From: a virus
Direction: 5' to 3' (one strand)
DNA: 64,000 bases
Virus record (IMG/VR): IMGVR_UViG_3300046314_000658
In this document: piece by piece, positions 41,471 through 51,184 of the stretch
How positions within the stretch are numbered: the stretch's first letter is position 1
Layout: each line of letters starts with the position of its first letter
Position numbers and translations under genes: made by a program
The notes under the pieces: generated by a model
Seen by the model: the letters and a program-made list of their open reading frames with translations, nothing else
The model's database searches: none
Told to the model about the DNA's origin: nothing

Positions 41471-42934
41471 TTAAGCAACCCGAGCTCGAATCTCAGCAAG
41501 CGTTGTTTCGTTGAATAATTTCCCAGTGTGGTACACCAATTGCATAACATCCTCGAATTCTTCATTCAATGGACCTCGATCCAATCGAGCAGTCATTAGT
41601 TCATTATTCATTGTGCTACGAACAAGAGTAAGTACACCCTCGAGTGATTTTTTACCCTGATCAGTGATTGGATCTTTTGCAATTCCCTTCCAGGTACCGT
41701 CTTCCATCAGGATCGCACAAGCCTTTTGCGCAAACTTAAATGTATCTCGATTTACTTTTTGCAACAATGCACCACCACTTCCAAAAATAACATTGTCGGC
41801 GCTGAATCCCAAAGTTGCTGTGATCTTGCCCAACAGTGATCGAATCGCAGAGTGATCAACGCCATCCCCTTGGATAATTCCAACGTTATTGATTTTTCGA
41901 TATCCTTTATCATTTTTTACTGACCCAAACGCCAGTTCTTGCAAGTGTAAAATGCGAGGGACAACTTCCTGCATGTCGCCACTGTCAGGACGAAACACAA
42001 CTTTTGCTTTTGTAGCAATAATTTCATCTTTCAAAACAGTACACAACAATTCGGTCTCGCGATATACATCATATCCATCGATAACAATCGAGATGATACC
42101 ACCCTCCACTGCGTTGGAGAGTTGTTTACGAAGGTACTGGATAGCATCATCTCTACCACCACCAAACGAGCACTCGATGCTATGTTCTGTGGCATATACA
42201 GAATATGCTGACATCGGCTCATTGTAATAAAAATTAGCAGTTAGAATACCTTCTACTGTGTCAGATCCCATAAAGTTGACCAAGTGAGCGAATCCACCAA
42301 TCTCTGCTGTTTCTGCAGACGACACGCCACGACCACCAAAGTCATGCAACGAAAAGGGCAATAATCCCATGTCACCACCAGTGATCTCATAGTAGTGCTT
42401 GATTTCTCGCTTGATATTGTAATCATTAGTCGCAATTGTGGTTGGGTACCACACACCACGTTGGATCATCGTCTCAAAACCAGCTGACATCCAAAACAAA
42501 TCTGCATCCAACACAGTAACAGTGTAAATTGGTTGACCACCTTTAATTGGCAACCCTTCTGGTACCGAACGGATGATAAGTGGTAAAGCTCCACCATATT
42601 CTGTTACCACTTTTTCCCAAGCTGCTCGTGCAAACAATTTACGGCCGAAGTGAGCTTCGGCAAACTGCTCTGCTGCATCGACATCTTTCATCGAAATTCG
42701 TTGAGTAAGATATCGCTTAAGCAATAACTGCATTCCAACTGGAATGACAGTCGTTTTTGGATCAACACGAGCAGTTCCGTATGAAGTCATGCCCTGGATA
42801 CCATCAGGATAAGCAAATGGGTGTGAGAATTTATATGAATCAATTCGACAGATCAAGCTAATTTTTAATTGATCTGGTTGAACGTACTGCACATCTGTGG
42901 AAGATGGTGCAAACAATTGTTGAAATTTTGACAT
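41471..42934 (-). CDS. nadV: nicotinamide phosphoribosyltransferase (Nampt)
   Basis: DSYKxSH, WYPTTxAT, LHDFGxRG, AHLVNFxGSDT, ATEHS, RPDSGD, QGDG, GSGGALLQKVNRDT, KDPITDxGKKS. Confidence 0.93.
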   Translation of the reverse strand: MSKFQQLFAPSSTDVQYVQPDQLKISLICRIDSYKFSHPFAYPDGIQGMTSYGTARVDPKTTVIPVGMQLLLKRYLTQRISMKDVDAAEQFAEAHFGRKLFARAAWEKVVTEYGGALPLIIRSVPEGLPIKGGQPIYTVTVLDADLFWMSAGFETMIQRGVWYPTTIATNDYNIKREIKHYYEITGGDMGLLPFSLHDFGGRGVSSAETAEIGGFAHLVNFMGSDTVEGILTANFYYNEPMSAYSVYATEHSIECSFGGGRDDAIQYLRKQLSNAVEGGIISIVIDGYDVYRETELLCTVLKDEIIATKAKVVFRPDSGDMQEVVPRILHLQELAFGSVKNDKGYRKINNVGIIQGDGVDHSAIRSLLGKITATLGFSADNVIFGSGGALLQKVNRDTFKFAQKACAILMEDGTWKGIAKDPITDQGKKSLEGVLTLVRSTMNNELMTARLDRGPLNEEFEDVMQLVYHTGKLFNETTLAEIRARVA

Positions 42935-42960
42935 TTTAAAGTTCCTTTAAAGTTTTGATG

Positions 42961-42979
42961 CCTAGAGTCTATCTCCAGG
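42961..42979 (-). promoter_or_regulatory. conserved leader hairpin, copy at nadV
   Basis: CCUGGAG-AUAGA-CUCUAGG, 26 nt before ATG. Confidence 0.7.
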
Positions 42980-43013
42980 ACTTGCCTCTATATTAACACA
43001 AAACCATTTTGTG

Positions 43014-43475
43014 TTAAACCAAACGCTCGATAACAGTTGCAATCAACTTATCGAGCGTATCTACCTGTGTGAGACCGTACTTCTTGCATACGATGTCGAC
43101 ATTTCCTTTACGCCAGTACCCATCGGGGCAACAGACGATCGTTTCAACTCCACTTGCTGCACACAACCCAAGTTCCAGTAGTGTAATCGGAGACTTCGTG
43201 GCAGGGTCAAAATAGAACACAACAAAATCCACCAGATCGATTGCATCCAATTCCCAGTTCACTTGCTCGACAAACTTTCGATTAGATGTTGATTGCTCCC
43301 AAGTTGGATCCCAGTTATTACGCCGTGGATTGAGTACCGCAACATCACTATCATCAAGTGCGTCAACGACCTTTTGTTGCCAGTCGTCTGCTTTACCCAT
43401 TTCAATCGAGCCAGCTAAAAATACCGATGCGGGGTTGTCCCAAAATAGGGGTGCAGGCGATTTAATTTCAATCAT
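43014..43475 (-). CDS. nucleoside 2-deoxyribosyltransferase-like protein
   Basis: VFLAGSI..WQ, NPRR, QVxWEL, SPITLLELG, WRKGNV. Confidence 0.85.
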   Translation of the reverse strand: MIEIKSPAPLFWDNPASVFLAGSIEMGKADDWQQKVVDALDDSDVAVLNPRRNNWDPTWEQSTSNRKFVEQVNWELDAIDLVDFVVFYFDPATKSPITLLELGLCAASGVETIVCCPDGYWRKGNVDIVCKKYGLTQVDTLDKLIATVIERLV

Positions 43476-43620
43476 AATATGTACTTTAAAATAATGGTAA
43501 GATTTACCGAACTACCAATTAGGTTGAGCCACCCACGCAGCATCGCTTTTTGTTTGAACGCTTGTACAGCATCGTACCCACATAACAACATTACAATAAC
43601 AGTAATTGCATGCCACAGTG

Positions 43621-43887
43621 TCATGTTGCCACTCCAATAACTTCATGTACTGATTTAGGAACTGCTTTCAGTGACCCCAAATACTCCATTGTGTACTTCC
43701 GGCGTTCACCTTTGTGACTAACTGGATAACCAGGTTGGATGGTAACATGACCAAAGCTACCGCCGCGATTGAACCTAATGGGTTTCAACTCACCAGTCAC
43801 CTTGATTGAGTACAACTTCTTTTCTACAACATTCCAGAAGTATCCTGGATATCGGGTTGCGACAAACTCCGTTGGAAGAACTACCAT
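43621..43887 (-). CDS. hypothetical phage protein
   Basis: YPGYFW..LYSIKVxGxLK. Confidence 0.7.
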   Translation of the reverse strand: MVVLPTEFVATRYPGYFWNVVEKKLYSIKVTGELKPIRFNRGGSFGHVTIQPGYPVSHKGERRKYTMEYLGSLKAVPKSVHEVIGVAT

Positions 43888-44601
43888 GTCACTCCTCTGC
43901 TTCCCATGTTATTACCACAGTGAATTTTCCTTTGTGGAACCCACATTCATCAATTGGAATTTCTTCGAATTGACGACTATCGTACATCTCAACCACATCT
44001 TGCTCCAAGTCGAGCAGTGTGTCAGCCCAGTATTCTTTTTTCAAGACTATCATTTTACATGCACTCTTTTACCACAAGGTGGGCACTTGATGAACTTGTA
44101 GTAGTCCTTGCCGCCAGTGTAGTCAGTCGAATAGTCTTCTTTAATGTCACTTGGCGTATACTGCAGGGTTGCACCACAATTGCGACAGATTGTTTCCTTG
44201 ACTACACTTGCGTGTGGAGTAGTTGAAATTACTGTTACCATCTTATGCTCCAAATGATACCGTGACATCAGTTTTTACGGTAAGCGCTTCGATTGCAAAC
44301 ACTTTGAATGGTTTGGGACGGCTGAATTTATTTTCATTCTCTTGCTTGATCCATGTAGCAACTTCTTCTTTGGTCTTAAACCCGTGAATACCAATATAGG
44401 TAGAAGTTTCCATCGATGGAGGGGGATCTGGTGGACCGTAGTCAGCCCCCATATGACTTTCGGAGTACTCGTATACCACGATAAAGTTAGGCGAATGCTT
44501 GGTAAAAGCAGCCAAGCTGCTCATGCTATTTCCTGGGGTTCCAATATACATAAAACACTTTCGAATGTTGTGGGAGTATTGTAGCAAAAGGGGGTAACTG
44601 G

Positions 44602-45015
44602 TTACAACCCATTGCGGTTATTCATCACTGTTACCCACTTTTTTGATTTCTTATCAATTTGTGCGGACAACATTTCCGACAATTCGCCAGCACTCAACTC
44701 AGGGTAGGCAGCAGCTAACGTATCAATGATGGTTAAAATAACATCAGCTGCTTCACCCTCAATCGGCTCTTTCGGGGTTTTGTGCGGCAGGTATCCAAAT
44801 TTGTGGAGTAGTGCTTCACTGAACTCACCCACCTCTTCCATCACTTTAGAGTTGCGTGCAAATACAGGGAACGCGTTATTTTGAGGGCGTTGGCTGATGG
44901 TGAAAAGTCTATTGAACATATTTGTGTTAGTAATATTAGTGGTAAGTTGAGGTATTGCAGCAGAATTGACGGATGAGACGTACGCTGCGTATTTTTCGTA
45001 ATCTGGATGGATCAT
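44602..45015 (-). CDS. MazG-like nucleotide pyrophosphohydrolase
   Basis: KxxEEVGE..EA..GExAD..K..KW. Confidence 0.75.
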   Translation of the reverse strand: MIHPDYEKYAAYVSSVNSAAIPQLTTNITNTNMFNRLFTISQRPQNNAFPVFARNSKVMEEVGEFSEALLHKFGYLPHKTPKEPIEGEAADVILTIIDTLAAAYPELSAGELSEMLSAQIDKKSKKWVTVMNNRNGL

Positions 45016-45016
45016 A

Positions 45017-46063
45017 TTACGCTCCTATTGCCCACTGCACCATTTCGTAATGATCATCGAAGCATTGTTCACTCCGAACATCATTAATTGGAACCCACAT
45101 TGCTTTTTCAGCATCGTCGCTACCTTTTATTTTCGGTAACTCACCATCAGGTAATACAAATTTAAATGCGTGCGTAATCGTACGGCCACGCGCACTGCGA
45201 TCAATTGCATCGAATACCCGTCGATCCTGGATACTACCAATTAGTACTGGTACCGGCACCTTAATCTTCGTTTCTTCACGCAGTTCGCGAATTGCAGCAT
45301 CTTGCACACTTTTATCAGTGGTAGCATTCACGAATCCCCCTGGAACCGCGAACAACCCCCGCCCTGGTTCGGCGCGGCGTTTGATCATCAATACATGACC
45401 GGAACAAATTACAACTGCATCAGCTGTCACAAAAATAGGAGGGTACGGCAGACTTGCAAATTGACTCTTATACTTGTCAATGAATTCACGCTCACGAATA
45501 ATTTGTTGATAGTCTGGACTACCCTTCCAACCTTCCAACCAACGTACAGTAGGTTGTGGCAGCACAGAGCGAATGAAATTCATATTTGCATCTTCTCGGA
45601 AATACAAATCGCGAATATCAGTTGCGTGTAGTGATTCGATCAACTCAACTTCTTCAACTTCCCACTGAGGGAACATTTTGAGGTAGAATGAGCTGCCATC
45701 TTTATCGTGACCAATAATGCCTGTCTTGCCACCAAGCACACGATACTTAGACACAATTCCTTGCACACGCTGCATCCATGCAGTATCGTTGTATATTGTG
45801 TCAATATTAGATTCAATGTGAACACGGGTAGTGTTATCAAAGTCCCCACTGTCATACAGCTGATCCAGTACGTTGTTAAGCATCATTTTGCGCTCAGCAT
45901 ATGTAAAAGGATTCTTGTAGGTGCGAGGTTGGTCTGCTGAACCGATGATGATGATCAGTTCTTTTGTAAGAGTTAGTGCGCGCCGCAAAATCTCAACGTG
46001 AGCATTGTGGGTAGGTTGGAACCGGCCAATAAATACTAACGTGTCGTATTTTTTTGTAGTCAT
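45017..46063 (-). CDS. nadM: bifunctional NMN adenylyltransferase / Nudix ADP-ribose hydrolase
   Basis: FIGRFQPxHxAH, IGS, NPFTxxER, ATxIR; Nudix GGF..AAxRELxEET, RxxRGR, GSDDA. Confidence 0.93.
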   Translation of the reverse strand: MTTKKYDTLVFIGRFQPTHNAHVEILRRALTLTKELIIIIGSADQPRTYKNPFTYAERKMMLNNVLDQLYDSGDFDNTTRVHIESNIDTIYNDTAWMQRVQGIVSKYRVLGGKTGIIGHDKDGSSFYLKMFPQWEVEEVELIESLHATDIRDLYFREDANMNFIRSVLPQPTVRWLEGWKGSPDYQQIIREREFIDKYKSQFASLPYPPIFVTADAVVICSGHVLMIKRRAEPGRGLFAVPGGFVNATTDKSVQDAAIRELREETKIKVPVPVLIGSIQDRRVFDAIDRSARGRTITHAFKFVLPDGELPKIKGSDDAEKAMWVPINDVRSEQCFDDHYEMVQWAIGA

Positions 46064-46087
46064 TTCAAAATCCTTGAAAAGTAAAAG

Positions 46088-46108
46088 TGTGAAAGTCTAT
46101 CTCTCACA
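46088..46108 (-). promoter_or_regulatory. conserved leader hairpin, copy at nadM-Nudix
   Basis: UGUGAGAG-AUAGA-CUUUCACA, 24 nt before ATG. Confidence 0.7.
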
Positions 46109-46154
46109 TCTGTATATATGATAACTCAACTCAGCGGTTGGGGTCAATTGAATA

Positions 46155-47015
46155 TCAGTATGCAGCGATGCATTCCAAAATGGTGTTGCGGTGCAGTGTG
46201 AGGACTGGTTCAATCCCACCAGTTTTATCACGCTGGTATCCACCTGCGAGATTCCACACGATTGGAGTACCAACACCTGCACACGATTGGAAGATACCAC
46301 GATCGCGTTCAATCATCTGTTCAGTAGTCATCAATCCACCGTACGGATCATTGCGGTGAATGTCAGCGCCAGCCTGATAGATTACCAAGTCGTAACGCTG
46401 GGTATCTAACATCTCCATCAAATTACGAGGATCGCAGATTGCCATTGCTTGGTCAACAGTGCGATAGCCGTTCCCATTCGTGATGTGATGCACACGTGCA
46501 GTGAGGCCAAGGCGCTTGATAATATCATCAGTACCGTTGCCGTAGTGCATGTCAAAGTCGAGGATCAGGATACGCGAATCATTTGGTAGACGTTTGAGTA
46601 CTTCCACCGCTGTAATCATTAGTCCATTGAACGTACAGAACCCCATCGCGCGATTGTACTCAGCGTGGTGGAAACCAGACGTTGGAGAGACGGCAACACC
46701 ACCACGCTGCAGTACTTCATGAGCAGCAGCTAATAGTGAGCCGGATGTGTACGGAAGACTAGTGGCCACGTCAGGATTGAAATTTTCAAATCCATTTGCA
46801 ATAGTACAGCTGAGCACACCGTCTACGAACGCTGGATCGTGCACTGCCTTGATCATGTCGGTAGTGACTGGCTCGAATGAGCGGATTGTTAAGCGCTGGG
46901 CAATGGATCGATTCGACATCCAGTCCTCCACAACTTGTTGAGGTTTACCTGCAGATGGGCTAGCACTCACATTACTGGCTGCGACCATCTCGGGGCGGTA
47001 GAAAACTGGAATCAT
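46155..47015 (-). CDS. histone deacetylase-family (Zn-dependent) amidohydrolase
   Basis: GFHHA, GFCxFN, ILDxDxHxGNGT, YQAGADxHxxDPxG, LAGGY. Confidence 0.9.
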   Translation of the reverse strand: MIPVFYRPEMVAASNVSASPSAGKPQQVVEDWMSNRSIAQRLTIRSFEPVTTDMIKAVHDPAFVDGVLSCTIANGFENFNPDVATSLPYTSGSLLAAAHEVLQRGGVAVSPTSGFHHAEYNRAMGFCTFNGLMITAVEVLKRLPNDSRILILDFDMHYGNGTDDIIKRLGLTARVHHITNGNGYRTVDQAMAICDPRNLMEMLDTQRYDLVIYQAGADIHRNDPYGGLMTTEQMIERDRGIFQSCAGVGTPIVWNLAGGYQRDKTGGIEPVLTLHRNTILECIAAY

Positions 47016-48320
47016 TTTTAGTCCTTACTTTTTAATTTTGGCGAATCGCTAGCGATCGTGCGGGGATACGTTTCTGGATTATCCCAGAAGTCTTTGAATG
47101 ATAAAATAAAGTCTGCCATCTTCTGAGTCTTCTCGATAAATGCCCACCACGGTTCACGAGCTCTGTATCGGAAATCAACCTCTTGTTCAAATGTCAGTGC
47201 TTCAAGGTTGCGACACACTGCGCGACCAGCTGCGAGAAACTCTTTATAGGTTTCTGGTGTACCATCATTGGTCATTATTTACTCCTCCTGTATTGTGCAG
47301 TTGCAGTGCAATCCACTTGTAGTCGTTCAAATCCACTGAAGTACTTGGTAGCCACGATGATTACCAGGAGACATCGAGGTACTGTGGATCACGTTGATCA
47401 CCTGGCACGTGGACCACTTTGAAACCAAGTGTGATAAGACGTTGACGAATCACTTGGTCTGTATGACGCGTGCAGATCGTTGACTTGCCAGTAGCAGATG
47501 CTGTTTTGATTGCTGCAATTACTTCATCCGTTTCTTTTCGGAGATACCGGCCATCAATGCTTTGCGCAAACTGAGTTTGCTTACGAGCAGCTGCCGCGTC
47601 GAATGAGGTAGTGTTGACAAAATTAGGCATAGTGTTAGTTTAGAGACGGAATTTGGACAGGTAAGTAGCAGCTAGTGACTGATCTTCTTCAGCCTCACTA
47701 TCAATAAAATCAATCGACATCATCTCAACTTCAGTTTGAGCACGAGTCAACAGCTCTGTTGCATAAGTGATGTCATCGGATTCAGCTTGTTTAAACCAAT
47801 CGGCTAATGTAGCAGGGGAAACGGACAATAGAAAATCTAGATTGCTTGCATCGTTTGGGTTCATGGGATTACACTCCATTAGGTCGGTTAGTCAGTTGGA
47901 TCGGGGTTAGCAACAGTGGTTAGTCGAGCAGATTCAAACGCTGCACGTAGCCATACTTCAACATTGACCAGTTTACCAGCATCGCTAAACTGAGTTATGC
48001 TTTCGTGGAAACGCTCACTGCGCAAACTGAAGCTTTCTACTTCATTCCACCAATCTTCGAATGTTGGGTATTGGTTACTGGAGTGCAATTTGACGAACAA
48101 TCAAGGTATTCAGAACTTGCAGAATTTCTTTCTGTTTGTTCCGAGGCATATCAACCATCGCATTTGTCAGAAGTGTTGTCAACACTCCACACGCAAAATC
48201 ATTCGTTTTATGTTCACGTGCTGCTTCACGTACAAACAATGTTCGGGATTGATCGATAGCTTCTTTAGCGTATTTCGCTTGTGGCATGTTGCGTATCCTT
48301 AATTACTTGCGATGCAGTTT

Positions 48321-48348
48321 ATTATACCCTATTTTAACAAACGGTCAA
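48321..48348 (-). promoter_or_regulatory. sigma70-type early promoter (same family)
   Basis: TTGACC-16-TATAAT with GGG before the -10 box. Confidence 0.8.
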
Positions 48349-48608
48349 CGTCGTTTTGTCGCACCAATACGACTATTTTTGTTCCAATCGTACGAAGTAC
48401 CATCTGGTAGTTTGCCATCTGCAACAGTGTCTACCCCACTTTTGCCGACGCTGTTGACATTCTCACTAACCATGGTGACAAATAACATCCCTAGCTGTCG
48501 AAACGATTCTGTGTACCGCAGAGCTTCTTTTAACTCCGCCACTTGATGTGAGTGGGGGAATCTTGTAATAGGATCGGTGTAATACACTACATATTCTGTT
48601 TTTGTCAT
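48345..48608 (-). CDS. conserved phage protein
   Basis: FVTMVSEN.NSVGKxGVD.V..GKLPDG..YxW. Confidence 0.8.
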   Translation of the reverse strand: MTKTEYVVYYTDPITRFPHSHQVAELKEALRYTESFRQLGMLFVTMVSENVNSVGKSGVDTVADGKLPDGTSYDWNKNSRIGATKRR

Positions 48609-49018
48609 AGTTTTTTCAACACCAGCGAACCGTCTTTATACAAAGCGTTCCCCATTCTCTCTCATTACTGCTTGATAGTGAGGGTCCAAGTCGCCCACTT
48701 TGTACACACCATACCAATCACCTGGTGCGTCGAATAGTTTATCCATCAGCGAATCATTGACTTGGACGAACTTTGCAAACGTATAACGCTTACCACCGTA
48801 CCGGCTGGGACGAGCACGACGGGGGAACCAAGTTTCAACTGTTTCGTTATCCAGCCAAGTATTGAACCGCACACGAATGTGAGTATTTTGCTTGGTGCCA
48901 GTCACCACACCTTCCACCGCGCGGCTTACTTTTCCATCGTAGCACACTGCTACACGATCACCGAGTTTCATATCGCGTTCTCATTTTGTTTGATATATGG
49001 GTAGCATCCGTAAACGAA

Positions 49019-49044
49019 GAAAAGGGGTCAACTGACCCCTTTTT
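49019..49044. terminator. intrinsic terminator
   Basis: AAAAAGGGGTC-AACT-GACCCCTTTTT. Confidence 0.85.
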
Positions 49045-49059
49045 GATTATCTCGATTGC

Positions 49060-50130
49060 TTACTTCACAGGAATGATCAACTTTTGACCGACTGCAATGA
49101 AGTTGGGGTTAGCCAAGTTGTTGCGAGATTGGATATCACCGTACTTCATCTTGTCGCCCAGTTGAGTTTGAGCGATTGTCGACAGTGTATCACCTTTGGT
49201 CACAACGTAACTAACTTCACCAGAACTTGCGCGGCGCACAGCAGCAGTTTTGTCGGACATGAAGTACTTTTTCAACATTTCAGTGTATTCAGGCGTATCA
49301 GTAACTTTGCGGATGGCGCTGTTCAATGCGTTGAGCAAGTCTTTGTCTCCCTTACGTACACCAATACGGTACTGAATGTCCGAGCCTTTGATCTTAGTCA
49401 TTGCGAACTGCAAGTCTGTACCGTTTACTTCCGCCACAGCGAATGGGTAGTCATACATCACAGCATCGACTTTTTTGGATTTCAGGTGACCAACGATCCA
49501 CCTACCGTCAGCATCAGCTTTGTCGGACAATTCAACGATTGTTGCACTAGGGAATGCAAATTCAGCGAATGCGCGTGCATCGGGGTCACCTTGTAGTACG
49601 CCAAGTTTGGTCACATCAGCGGCATTAGCAATCGAGGTACCTTTTGTAACGATCAGGCTGTAACCGAAATCTTTCACGTATGGGGTGGTATACACAACAC
49701 CAGGCAAGTCTTCATCATTGAATGTCAAGCCGTCGATAGCGATGTCGACCTTATTACGTTCCAATAACTGTTTCGGTACGTCAGCGTATGTTTCAACAGC
49801 GTGGTTGGTATCGAGTTTCACCTTACCACCGAACTCACTTTGAGCAAGCACAGCATTCAGAAAGTCAACGTTGAAACCTTTTGCACGACCGCTTTCGGAA
49901 AAGTAGAACGGCTTGGATGGGTCTTGCACGCTAACGCGAATCACGCCTTTGCCGATGACACTTTGCAAAGCGCCGCTGGTTACAGTGGGCGCACCTGCTT
50001 TGATTGCTTCAACGGTTGCAGCAGGAGCGATTGTGTTGACTTTGTTGCGGAAATCCTTGTCGTAAAACACACCAACTACAGCCAACACAATAAGAAACAG
50101 GATAGATACGATAGTTTTTGAATTCAACAT
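49060..50130 (-). CDS. family-3 solute-binding domain plus C-terminal LysM, membrane anchored
   Basis: N-terminal TM; PF..GFxVD..VDIAI..VDAV..GVRKGD..LLxALN; YVVxKGDTLSxIA..NNLxNPNxIxVGQKLxIP. Confidence 0.85.
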   Translation of the reverse strand: MLNSKTIVSILFLIVLAVVGVFYDKDFRNKVNTIAPAATVEAIKAGAPTVTSGALQSVIGKGVIRVSVQDPSKPFYFSESGRAKGFNVDFLNAVLAQSEFGGKVKLDTNHAVETYADVPKQLLERNKVDIAIDGLTFNDEDLPGVVYTTPYVKDFGYSLIVTKGTSIANAADVTKLGVLQGDPDARAFAEFAFPSATIVELSDKADADGRWIVGHLKSKKVDAVMYDYPFAVAEVNGTDLQFAMTKIKGSDIQYRIGVRKGDKDLLNALNSAIRKVTDTPEYTEMLKKYFMSDKTAAVRRASSGEVSYVVTKGDTLSTIAQTQLGDKMKYGDIQSRNNLANPNFIAVGQKLIIPVK

Positions 50131-50132
50131 TT

Positions 50133-50366
50133 TTACTTCTCCTGAGATTTAGACTGGGTCTGTGCTGCCGCTGTTTGGCACACACTTTGGTTATTTGTAG
50201 AAACACCATTCGTTGCACAGTGTGCAGCAATAGGATTGGCACCTTTAGCGACCATTTCTACAATGGCTTGGCGAGTTGTAGCACGGTCGTATGTAACACA
50301 CATAATTACTGCAATGAATACGAGTGAAATACAAGCGATTATAGATACGTCAAATCGGGTCATCAT
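50133..50366 (-). CDS. small membrane protein
   Basis: N-terminal TM; GANPIAAHCA. Confidence 0.7.
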   Translation of the reverse strand: MMTRFDVSIIACISLVFIAVIMCVTYDRATTRQAIVEMVAKGANPIAAHCATNGVSTNNQSVCQTAAAQTQSKSQEK

Positions 50367-51184
50367 GCAGTTACCTTTGCTGAAGTTGGGATAGATGTGA
50401 AGGCTACCACTTGCGAAGGGCTGTTTTCCAACTGTAGTCCTGGAGTATCGTTGACCATTGTGGCACGGCTTGTGATAGGGCCTTTGCCTGCACTTGCAGC
50501 ATCAGCTAGTACAGCAGAATCCATTTCCGCAAAAGCCCGATTTATCGAGTTGACCACTGAGTCAATAGCTGCATCTGTCTTCAATTGTGCCATTGGATCT
50601 TCACTACCCATACCAGCTAGCGCATTTGCTTTTTGTAGCGCTTGGCTCATCTTCCAGTTAGCGCGAAGGAATTCAATTTGTTCATCCATTAGTTTGATAT
50701 TACTCTGCAATTCAGAGTACTTGTCTTGCTTGAATTTCAGTGCTTGCTTCATAACATCAAGCTGTGCTTTGTATCGAGGAGCTGCATCTGGATATTTTTT
50801 AGCGAACCCTTGCGTCATAGTTTCGAAATTATTCACTTCCGTACCATATGCAGTTATTGCTTCTAGTTGCTGCTTGCCACGGTTCTTAAATGCTTCTGAT
50901 TGTGTCACAGCAGTTTCGATGGGATTATCTGCTGCTGCTTGTTGGACCTTTTCGAGGTGTTGAACTTTCTCGGCATCAATTGCACGATACTTCATGTTTG
51001 AAGCTTTTAATGCAAGCACTGGTGCTACATTAATACCGATGATACCGATGATGCCCGCAATTGCGATACCGACCATGCCCGATACTGCAAGCCATGCGAC
51101 TGGAGCAGCCACTGCAACTGCAAAAATTGTGATGCCCCATTTGATCAGATTGATCTTACGTTGCTTTTGAATACTATCTTCCAT
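50363..51184 (-). CDS. membrane-anchored long coiled-coil protein (PspA-like architecture)
   Basis: Two TMs then extended heptad helices; start at MEDSIQ. Confidence 0.65.
   Translation of the reverse strand: MEDSIQKQRKINLIKWGITIFAVAVAAPVAWLAVSGMVGIAIAGIIGIIGINVAPVLALKASNMKYRAIDAEKVQHLEKVQQAAADNPIETAVTQSEAFKNRGKQQLEAITAYGTEVNNFETMTQGFAKKYPDAAPRYKAQLDVMKQALKFKQDKYSELQSNIKLMDEQIEFLRANWKMSQALQKANALAGMGSEDPMAQLKTDAAIDSVVNSINRAFAEMDSAVLADAASAGKGPITSRATMVNDTPGLQLENSPSQVVAFTSIPTSAKVTA

Noticed and set aside
41471-42934. NARP1-type Namat assignment
   Set aside because: No PRPP-synthetase-like Adps partner in the window; the partner present is NMNAT-Nudix, which fits Nampt
42993-43017. TTAACACAAAA-CCA-TTTTGTGTTAA as an NrtR operator
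   Set aside because: Arm orientation does not match the GT-N7-AC core as I recall it and there is no equivalent before nadM; more likely a palindromic promoter spacer or terminator
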